Shown here: positions 1 to 6,818 of the stretch, piece after piece
How the letters are laid out: each line of letters starts with the position of its first letter
How positions within the stretch are numbered: position 1 is the first letter of the stretch
Source of the DNA: a virus
Lineage: Duplodnaviria > Heunggongvirae > Uroviricota > Caudoviricetes
Length of the DNA: 24,963 bases
Direction: 5' to 3' (one strand)
IMG/VR virus record: IMGVR_UViG_3300029742_000285
Span: 65,475-90,437 of that record
Program-made: the position numbers and the translations under genes
Notes under the pieces: generated by a model
Databases searched by the model: none
The model's input: the letters and a program-made list of their open reading frames with translations, nothing else
Told to the model about the DNA's origin: nothing

Positions 1-35
1 GCAATAGAGGTGGTACGGTTGATATCAGTCGCCAT
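1..35 (-). CDS. Probable major capsid protein, N-terminal fragment (MATDINRTTSI...), truncated by the window edge
   Basis: ATG at 35 preceded by AAAGGAG, immediately downstream of the scaffold gene. Identity inferred from position only. Confidence 0.6.
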   Translation of the reverse strand, partial: MATDINRTTSI

Positions 36-50
36 AAAAATACTCCTTTG

Positions 51-587
51 TTACTTGGTCACCTGCGCAAACCAGTCTGCAAACTGCTCGCTGGTAGAGC
101 CGGTGGGGGTGTGATGCAGGTCTCCGCCATCCCTGACGTCAGGGTACCCGGGCTGGCCATCACCAAAGGCCCACGGGTTCGCCTTGGCAGCCTCGTCCAG
201 CGCCTTGCCGATGTCGGTGCTGCGGTCGGCAGAGCCCTTCAGGGCGTCCAGATCCAGCAAAGCCCGCACTGCCTTGACGCTGCGGCCCTTCCTGCCCAGG
301 ATGGCAGTGTCCAGCGCGTTGTCAAAGGCAAAGCCCTCGGCCTGCGCCTTCATGTCGGCCTTCAGCTTGGTGACCTGTTCCTGCAGGCCTGCCACATCCA
401 CGCCTTCAAAGGCTTTCAGGCCGTCCTGCGCGGTCTTGAGCTGAGCGTTTGCGTTGTCCAGCTGGGTCTGCAGGGCGGTGGCTGCAGACTTCTCCCGGTT
501 GATGTCTGCGCCGTTCTCCTGCATGATCCAGTTCAGCTGTTCATCGGTGATGCCGGGGATCTTGTTCTTCACGTCTTCACGCTTCAT
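51..587 (-). CDS. Phage capsid scaffold protein (minor structural protein GP20-like), 178 aa
   Basis: Coiled-coil protein with GP20-like motifs (IMQENGADI; KAVRALLDLDALK; PWAF). RBS AAAGGAG. Lies between the head morphogenesis gene and the capsid gene. Confidence 0.85.
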   Translation of the reverse strand: MKREDVKNKIPGITDEQLNWIMQENGADINREKSAATALQTQLDNANAQLKTAQDGLKAFEGVDVAGLQEQVTKLKADMKAQAEGFAFDNALDTAILGRKGRSVKAVRALLDLDALKGSADRSTDIGKALDEAAKANPWAFGDGQPGYPDVRDGGDLHHTPTGSTSEQFADWFAQVTK

Positions 588-616
588 GGTGGAAACTCCT
601 TTCGTGTGTGAGACCT

Positions 617-673
617 CAGTTTTTTACACTGTTCTCTGTCAGTATTTGGTCGTGGGCGGGGTACGCGCCGCCC
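617..673 (-). promoter_or_regulatory. Possible structured leader of the scaffold gene
   Basis: GGGCGG/CCGCCC hairpin, then ACTG-acagagaa-CAGT-gtaaaaa-ACTG (two alternative short stems), just upstream of the RBS. Confidence 0.35.
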
Positions 674-679
674 GCCGCA

Positions 680-756
680 TGGCACCGTTTGCAGGACTCG
701 AACCTGCCGCTTCCGGTTTTGGAGACCGGCGCTCTTCCGACATGAGCTAAAACGGC
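680..756 (-). tRNA. trnW: tRNA-Trp (anticodon CCA) with encoded 3' CCA
   Basis: Full cloverleaf on the minus strand: GCCGTTT TA GCTC atgtcggaa GAGC g CCGGT ctCCAaa ACCGG aagcg GCAGG TTCGAGT CCTGC AAACGGT G CCA. Discriminator base G. Confidence 0.93.
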
Positions 757-758
757 AT

Positions 759-834
759 GAAAAAAGCACGGTGCAAAACTGCATCGTGCTTAAAAATGGG
801 CAAAAGAAAACCACGGTGCATGTGCATCGTGGTT
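759..834 (-). terminator. Two tandem, near-identical intrinsic terminator hairpins (764-791 and 809-834)
   Basis: Both read CACGATGCA-loop-TGCACCGTG on the minus strand, and each is followed by a U-tract. Confidence 0.75.
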
Positions 835-837
835 CAA

Positions 838-996
838 TTACTGATCCTGTTCCCAGGCCCAGTTTTTAAATTTATGATACGCTTTCAACGCTTCCTCTGG
901 AACAGCAGAAAAGTCTTTTTCAAGAATCGCTGTACGGTAAGGATCAAACGTATCGACTAACTTTTGAATTTCCGGGGGATAACCCAATATGCACAT
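838..996 (-). CDS. Unannotated 52-aa protein (MCILGYPPEIQKLVDTFDPYRTAILEKDFSAVPEEALKAYHKFKNWAWEQDQ); candidate immunity protein for the MuF C-terminal domain
   Basis: ATG 1 nt after the MuF stop codon, AAGGAGG RBS, AT-rich like the MuF 3' end, and followed directly by terminators. Absent from the ORF track, probably because it is short. Confidence 0.75.
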   Translation of the reverse strand: MCILGYPPEIQKLVDTFDPYRTAILEKDFSAVPEEALKAYHKFKNWAWEQDQ

Positions 997-997
997 G

Positions 998-2278
998 TTA
1001 CGTTCGCCTCCTTAACGACATAAATTCCGCCTCGACTTCATCAAAGCGGTCGCCTAAATACATATCAGCAGCATATTTGCTGATTTCTCCTACATTATCG
1101 CGCGTAATGCCAAGTTTGTCAATGCGTTCCTTGCACTTTTTGCACAGAACATCGAGATACTCCCCGCGATTTTCGCGGGTGATCGTCCAGCCGGATTGCC
1201 GGAAATCATCTGCCTGCTTCATGTGCCACATTTCATGAGCTTCAACGGCACCAGCACCGCCGGATGCTTCCTGCACTGCCTTCTTGCCGATGCTTTCAGC
1301 GTAGTAAACGATATTCTCACAGGGGTCATAGACGCCCACTGCACCGCGCAATTCATCATCACTGACGATCACGATTTTAGGCTTGCGGTCAATACTCACA
1401 CCCCATTCGGTCAATGCGTGTTCTGTGTTCTGGTTGACCTCATGCAGCGCCTTGGGCTTGATAGACGCTTTATCTGAAACAAAAACCGGCGTTTTGTAAG
1501 ATTCGACCTGCTTCACAGAGATTTCAACAGCTTCCGTTCTGCGGGTTAGTGTGATCTTACTTGCTGCACCCAGATTCTTGCGGTATGCCTGCGCTGCATA
1601 CGCCGCCCTCTTTTGTGCATTGATGCGCTCCCGGTTGGCGGCGTAATCAATGCGGCGCATTTTGTTGATGTCGCCGCCCGCCTCACGATACTGCCGGTAA
1701 TACTTGTCCGGATCGTACCCCGCCACAGTGGTGCCGGAACGGAACCGCACCGCAAACTCACAGTCGCAGTTGGCGTGGATATGCTCCGCGTGCCCGCCCT
1801 TCAGCAGTTTCTGGCTGGCCTTCTGCCAGCCGTTGGACGCCAGCGTGATACAGAAGGGGCAGGTGTCACCATGGGGCACCCATGCCCATTCCGCGCCGTC
1901 GCGAATGGCGTTTTTCAGGGTGGTGTCTGCACCGGCACGCTTGACAAGGCGGCTGACGCCGTTTGGCAGGTTGGCGGGGTTCTGGTCCTTGGTAGCGCTC
2001 ACCATGCGGGCCACCTCGCCATAGCTGGCGGTAGCGGCAGGCTCTGCGGCGGGCACATACACGCCCTGCGCCTCGGCCAGTGCTTCATACATCTGGCAGG
2101 CCAGCTCTGCGCTGCCTTCACTGTACTTGGTCACCAGCCCGTAGGCGTAGGCCACAAGACCGTCCGTGTCGGCGGTGCCGTGGGCGTCTATGTAGTCCCG
2201 CATGAGTTGCCCGGCTTTCTGGTTCAGCCGGGACAGCCGGGTGATGTACTCATTCCACGTTTTCGCTGAGATCTGCAT
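998..2278 (-). CDS. Minor head (MuF/VG15-like) morphogenesis protein with a C-terminal zincin metallopeptidase-like extension, 426 aa
   Basis: Follows the portal gene. Has TCPFC...HANCDC head-morphogenesis motifs. The C-terminus carries HEMWH (1223-1237) and ISKYA...DEVEAEF. Confidence 0.85.
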   Translation of the reverse strand: MQISAKTWNEYITRLSRLNQKAGQLMRDYIDAHGTADTDGLVAYAYGLVTKYSEGSAELACQMYEALAEAQGVYVPAAEPAATASYGEVARMVSATKDQNPANLPNGVSRLVKRAGADTTLKNAIRDGAEWAWVPHGDTCPFCITLASNGWQKASQKLLKGGHAEHIHANCDCEFAVRFRSGTTVAGYDPDKYYRQYREAGGDINKMRRIDYAANRERINAQKRAAYAAQAYRKNLGAASKITLTRRTEAVEISVKQVESYKTPVFVSDKASIKPKALHEVNQNTEHALTEWGVSIDRKPKIVIVSDDELRGAVGVYDPCENIVYYAESIGKKAVQEASGGAGAVEAHEMWHMKQADDFRQSGWTITRENRGEYLDVLCKKCKERIDKLGITRDNVGEISKYAADMYLGDRFDEVEAEFMSLRRRT

Positions 2279-3659
2279 TTTCCATCTCCATCAGCAGCTT
2301 CTGACCGCGCGCCCGCTGCTCCTGCGCCTTGATGCGCCGGATGTCCGCCTGATCAAAGCCGATCATTTCCAGAAAGGTATCCGTTCCGGCAAACTCCTTC
2401 CGGGCAGATGCGATTTTGATGGCAGCATCCGCCGTCACGGCCACGCTGGGCATGGCCGGATTTTTGAAGTGTGCCATGATGCCGGTCTCTTCTTCGGTCA
2501 GGTCAGAAATCGCACAGTTCCGCGCCACGGCCTGTGCCATGCAGGCAATGGTGCGCAGGGCATCGCCGTTGCCGGTGTTCAGCTGCTGGGCCAGCAGCAC
2601 CAGCGTCTGGCTCTGGGCAAGGATGGCATCACTGCTGGTGGGGTTGGCATCATTCACTACGCCCACGTCGGTGACGGTCAGGCCAGTGGCCGCTGCAAAC
2701 TGGGTAGCGGTCATCCGCATCTTTTCCACATGGGGCGTCAGACTGCCCTGCGCCAGCTGGCCGAACTCCGGATTTTCGCCGGTCTCCGGGTTGGAGGTGG
2801 CTGCGATCAGAGCGCCCATGTAGGTCTTGAATTTGTTGGAAACGATGGCGTCGTACTGTTCATCGGTCACGCCGAGAACGTATTTCTGCGGGGTGGTGTC
2901 GAACTCCAGCGCAATGGCCGCGTTGGCGGCGGTGCGCACATAATCGTCGATCAGTGCCCGGATGGGGCGCTTCAGGCGGCTGCGGCCAAAGGGCTTGGAG
3001 CTGGTGGCGTTCCAGATCATGGGTTCCATCAGCGGTCTGCCCATCTTGTGGTGCTTGCGCTCTGCCGTCCAGAAACTGCCGTTGCCGCGCAGCACAATAA
3101 CGTCTGCATCGGTGTAGAAATTCACCAGTGTGGGCCGCCAAGTGCCTTCAAAATGTTCATCCTTCACCGTATCAATGATGGTAAGTCCGCAGTCGATGCG
3201 GCCCTTCTCGCCGCTCCAGAGGGCTGACGCCATGGCGGGGGAGTGAAATCGCACTCTGCAGCTGATGGATGCATCTGCGGACAGGGTGGCGAATACGCAG
3301 CCGTATTTCAGCTCATCCCGGCAAGCCTTGGCATACTGCGCCACAAAGCGGTTGTCTGCCACTAGCTTTGCAAGGCTGTCCAGACTGCCGCCGGTACTCA
3401 CAAAGCCATCAAACATGGAGCGTGCTGCCAGCACATCCACGGCTTTCTGGCCCCAGCTGCAGCCTACTTCCAGATTGTGCAGCCCCTGCGGCAGAGCAAT
3501 GCCGAGATTTACATCGTTCAGGGTGATATGCCCCTCATAATACTTATCTTTGGTGGCATTGCGCCCCTGATGGTAGTTGTAAGCGGCGGCAAGGTCAGAA
3601 AGCTGCTGCTGTTCTTCCTTTGTCAGGCCTGGCACACGGCCAAAATTCAAAATCTGCAT
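2250..3659 (-). CDS. Phage portal protein (SPP1 gp6-like), 469 aa
   Basis: YYEG, PFGRS and NPTSSDAI motifs. Directly downstream of terL. Confidence 0.9.
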   Translation of the reverse strand: MQILNFGRVPGLTKEEQQQLSDLAAAYNYHQGRNATKDKYYEGHITLNDVNLGIALPQGLHNLEVGCSWGQKAVDVLAARSMFDGFVSTGGSLDSLAKLVADNRFVAQYAKACRDELKYGCVFATLSADASISCRVRFHSPAMASALWSGEKGRIDCGLTIIDTVKDEHFEGTWRPTLVNFYTDADVIVLRGNGSFWTAERKHHKMGRPLMEPMIWNATSSKPFGRSRLKRPIRALIDDYVRTAANAAIALEFDTTPQKYVLGVTDEQYDAIVSNKFKTYMGALIAATSNPETGENPEFGQLAQGSLTPHVEKMRMTATQFAAATGLTVTDVGVVNDANPTSSDAILAQSQTLVLLAQQLNTGNGDALRTIACMAQAVARNCAISDLTEEETGIMAHFKNPAMPSVAVTADAAIKIASARKEFAGTDTFLEMIGFDQADIRRIKAQEQRARGQKLLMEMENADLSENVE

Positions 3660-3669
3660 GGCTCTCCTT

Positions 3670-5070
3670 TCAGCCGATCTTCATTTTGCGGGTGGGGTCG
3701 CGGCGGCTGGTCTTGGCACCCCAGAGCGCCAGCGCACAGGCTTCCACCGGCAGGCTGTTGTCTCCGCCAAAGCCGAAGCCGCCCGCGATGGGCCGCTTGA
3801 CGGCGGTGATGGCGCTTTCATTCAGCACGGTCTGGGGCTTATACCATGTCAGAGTTCCCTCGCTGATGCCGTTGGTGAAGCCGCTGACCGCAGCAATCAC
3901 GTCCTTTGCGGATGGCCGGATCACCGAGTTCTTTGCCCGCCATGTGTCCTTGATGCGCTCCACCAGTACGTCCACGCCGTTGCGGCCGTCAATGACCACG
4001 CAGCTGGCCTTGCCGTACCGGTCGTTCAGCCAGTCGGCCAGCCATGTCAGGCCCTGACCGGCAGGGCGCATTTCCAGCAGCGACACCCGCGCGGGGCCTT
4101 CTTTCGGGATCACCGCGCCGCACAGGCAGACGGCGCTGCCGTCGGCGGAAAACTTGATGCCGTAGGCGGTCTTGCCTTCGGGCTTTTCGTCCTCGCTGGC
4201 GCAGGCTTCCCATGCGGTGCGGTCGATGGCATAGTCCAGATGCTCCGTGATCTCAGGGCTCCACCAGCCCAGCCGCTCCCGCGCAAAGGTGTCCGGGTCC
4301 AGCTGTTCGGCTTCGCCCTCAATGGTGGAAAGCTGGATGCGCCGCCCCAATGCCGGGTTTGTGGCTGCCCAGCGTGCCGGGTCCTTCACATCGCCGATCT
4401 CCGGTACCGAGAACTCGAACCAGGCTGCCTTTTTGGCTTCGCCGTCCAGTGCACGTTTGCGCAGGGCGCGGAACACAGTGCCCACGGCGTCGGGGCCGGG
4501 CGGCGTGCCCACGTAGATGGTCTGCGGGTTCAGGCTGGCCGAAATGGCGGGCAGGAAAGAACCCTGCGCGGTCTCGTCCAGCTCCTGTGCCTCGTCAAAG
4601 ATCAGCAGGTCGCCGTGCTGGCCGCGTCCGCCGTTGCGGGTGCGGGCCAGAAACTTGATGCGGGCACCGCTTTTCAGGATGATCTGCTCCCGGCCCAGCG
4701 CCGTTTTGATCTCGGCCACATGGCGGCGCAGCTTTGGGCTTTCAAAAAATGCCCGCATTTCCTCAAAGGTCTCTGTGGCGGTTTTCTGCAGGTGGGCGGT
4801 GTAAATGACCGTCTCATTGAACAGCAGCATCCCGGCTTCGGAGCGTCCCTGCACCAGCAGGCTCTTGCCGTTCTGGCGGGGGACACTGCCGCCTGCTGTA
4901 GGCGCTGCCCATTTGCCGGAGACGGTGCGGCTCATCCAGTCGTCCAAAATGTCGCTCTGCCACGGATCCAGCACCGTGCCGCCTGCCCGCAGGATGCGCA
5001 CGGCGTCCTGCCCGTCAGTCGCCGGATACTCCGGTGCGATACGTGCGGACGGCTCCTGACTTCCCATCAT
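3670..5070 (-). CDS. terL: Terminase large subunit
   Basis: LDPWQ, Walker A VPRQNGKS, Walker B LLIFDEAQ, coupling motif GTPP, ATNPALG, FARERLGWW. Start placed at MMGSQEP (5070); the ORF-track start is 5136. Confidence 0.93.
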   Translation of the reverse strand: MMGSQEPSARIAPEYPATDGQDAVRILRAGGTVLDPWQSDILDDWMSRTVSGKWAAPTAGGSVPRQNGKSLLVQGRSEAGMLLFNETVIYTAHLQKTATETFEEMRAFFESPKLRRHVAEIKTALGREQIILKSGARIKFLARTRNGGRGQHGDLLIFDEAQELDETAQGSFLPAISASLNPQTIYVGTPPGPDAVGTVFRALRKRALDGEAKKAAWFEFSVPEIGDVKDPARWAATNPALGRRIQLSTIEGEAEQLDPDTFARERLGWWSPEITEHLDYAIDRTAWEACASEDEKPEGKTAYGIKFSADGSAVCLCGAVIPKEGPARVSLLEMRPAGQGLTWLADWLNDRYGKASCVVIDGRNGVDVLVERIKDTWRAKNSVIRPSAKDVIAAVSGFTNGISEGTLTWYKPQTVLNESAITAVKRPIAGGFGFGGDNSLPVEACALALWGAKTSRRDPTRKMKIG

Positions 5071-5287
5071 GCTCTCGCTGCGCGAGGATCGCGCCGATCT
5101 CGTCCGTGTCATCCTTTGCTCCTTCAATCTCTTCAATTTCCCGGATGGTTTCCCGGTATTGTTTGGTCAGCTGCGGCAGGGCCCGGCAGTCCTCGCAGGC
5201 ATCAATGCCCGAAGCCAGCACCTTGGCCAGCTGTTTGAGCTGCTCCAGCCGGGTGCCCCTGGCCGTGATACTTTTCATGGTCGCCAT
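5015..5287 (-). CDS. Probable terminase small subunit, 90 aa
   Basis: Small helical protein (LPQLTKQYRETIREIEEIE) between the HNH gene and terL. Confidence 0.65.
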   Translation of the reverse strand: MATMKSITARGTRLEQLKQLAKVLASGIDACEDCRALPQLTKQYRETIREIEEIEGAKDDTDEIGAILAQREHDGKSGAVRTYRTGVSGD

Positions 5288-5384
5288 AGGCCAGAAACAC
5301 CCCCTTCAAATTTTCCCTGTGTGTAAATCGGCGCTGACGGCACTGGGGGTCGCCGAGGGCGAGGGAGGGGTACCCTCCCCACCC

Positions 5385-5732
5385 TCACCAGCTGCCGTCT
5401 GAAACGTGCGGAATCCGCACGATTTTAGCCTGTTTTGGGCCATTTTCGGCGGTTTTATTGCCTTTCTGTGCATTGCAGAACCAATGTGCAGCCTGTAGGT
5501 TCGACCAATCTTCCGCAGCGGCCCGCGCGGACGGGTAGCCGAACTGTCTCCACTTGGACACAGGCTTGATCTCGTCCACCACAAAGGACAAAGGATGCTG
5601 TGCATCAGAAGGCTCATCGTAATGAATCGGCCCGAAACGTCCGTGACAGATGCCGCATTCGCAGCCCATTGCACGCAGCCGCGCACGGTGCCTGCGCCGC
5701 AGCTGGCCGTTGGCATAGCGCGGATTGCCCAT
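5385..5732 (-). CDS. HNH endonuclease, packaging-associated
   Basis: CGIC...VVDEIKP...NLQAAHWFCNAQK. AGGAGG RBS before MGNPRY at 5732. Located upstream of the terminase genes. Confidence 0.88.
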   Translation of the reverse strand: MGNPRYANGQLRRRHRARLRAMGCECGICHGRFGPIHYDEPSDAQHPLSFVVDEIKPVSKWRQFGYPSARAAAEDWSNLQAAHWFCNAQKGNKTAENGPKQAKIVRIPHVSDGSW

Positions 5733-6217
5733 GCTGCACACCTCCTTCTGATGGGGAAAAGCCCGCACACATCAGTGCAGACCGGATGCTCCCTGCGCCT
5801 TTCCGGCACACCCCGGGGCTTTTTTCAGGGGCGGGGTATCTGTCAGCTAGGGCAGGGTATAAAAAGACCCCGGGGTGCTTTGCAGGCCCGGGGGTATCAA
5901 AAAAGCCGCCCGGAAAATCCGAACGGCGGGAGATTCGCGGTCAGTGCGCAGCTGCCCGCAGCGGCAGCTTACTGGGCAGGATGGAATGGAACCCGCTTGG
6001 CTGTATGCTGCCACGCACTGAGGATGATGCTGCAATGACCTATATTTATCCAATGACCCCGCCGGGGTGCAGACCCTGACAGTGCCGCGGATAACAAAAT
6101 AAGAATTGCCCGGCTGGTACATTCAGTGTTGGTCGGGAAAGGTGATCCTCTGTGTCAGCCGGGCAGCACAAAGCCCGCAGGGATGAAGGGAGTAAGTCTT
6201 TCCTGCGGGCTTCGGCA
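5733..6217 (-). ncRNA. Candidate structured late-operon leader or small-RNA cluster
   Basis: About 480 nt without a convincing ORF. Contains several 10-12 bp stems with pyrimidine-rich loops and two terminator-like hairpins. Confidence 0.45.
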
Positions 6218-6223
6218 TTTTAA

Positions 6224-6280
6224 ATTTTAGCAGGGGTTGACAGTATTATCAAGTCCGGTTCGCTCCGGTTCAGTCCGGAC
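6224..6280 (-). promoter_or_regulatory. Late promoter with adjacent activator-binding repeats
   Basis: TTGATA (6247-6252)-N17-TAAAAT (6224-6229) with an extended TG. Three TCCGG repeats at 10-bp spacing (6254, 6264, 6274) lie upstream of the -35 and overlap the activator gene's 3' end. Confidence 0.7.
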
Positions 6281-6689
6281 TTTTGATCTCCAGTCTTTTT
6301 ATGGCTGCGCTGTGGCGCTGGAACATCTGGCTGCGGGAACTGCGGATGTTGATCGCGATGTCCGGCCAGTCCTCCAGCAGGATGTACCGCCGGAACAGGA
6401 TCATGAAATCCACCTCATCGTCCAGCTGGCGGAACACCTCCATGATCTCGGCCCGGATGGCGTCGCACACGGCAGACTGCGCCTCAGCGGCCCGACGGGC
6501 CTCGTCGATGCGCTCCACGCTGCGGGGCAGAGCCTGTCCGTCGCCGCTGCCGCCCGGCACAGGAGAAAAGCGCTGGGTGGTGTGGGTGGCGTCGGTCTGC
6601 AGCGTGGCCAGCTCGTCCAGTTTGAGCAGCTCGAACCGCTTGGCTGTCCGGTACCGCCAGAGCCATGCCTTTTTCTCTTCGTAGGTCAA
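6270..6689 (-). CDS. ArpU/RinA-like late transcriptional activator, 139 aa
   Basis: KAWLWRYR N-terminus and a sigma-region-4-like C-terminus (ILFRRYI..DWPDIAINI..SRSQMFQRHSAAI). TTG start with GAAAGGAG RBS. Last gene before the packaging module. Confidence 0.8.
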   Translation of the reverse strand: MTYEEKKAWLWRYRTAKRFELLKLDELATLQTDATHTTQRFSPVPGGSGDGQALPRSVERIDEARRAAEAQSAVCDAIRAEIMEVFRQLDDEVDFMILFRRYILLEDWPDIAINIRSSRSQMFQRHSAAIKRLEIKSPD

Positions 6690-6705
6690 ATTGATTGCTC
6701 CTTTC

Positions 6706-6815
6706 TATGGAGGGTATGGAGGATAGGAAGCTATTTCTGAAAACTCCCTAGATGTAACAAAAAATATACAGTAAAAAGTCTGGGAAACGCCCTTCCTGCT
6801 TCCATACCCTCCATA
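6706..6815. repeat. Perfect 15-bp inverted repeat around an A-rich spacer; candidate replication origin
   Basis: TATGGAGGGTATGGA (6706-6720) and TCCATACCCTCCATA (6801-6815), immediately 3' of the primase-helicase gene. Confidence 0.7.
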
Positions 6816-6818
6816 CGC

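Noticed and set aside
584..960. ORFs 584-814 (-) and 757-960 (+)
   Set aside because: They overlap the tRNA, the terminators and the better-supported 52-aa ORF.
5595..6122. ORFs in the late leader (5595-6038, 5600-6079, 5847-6122)
   Set aside because: No convincing RBS, atypical composition, and they run through terminator-like hairpins. A small peptide cannot be fully excluded.
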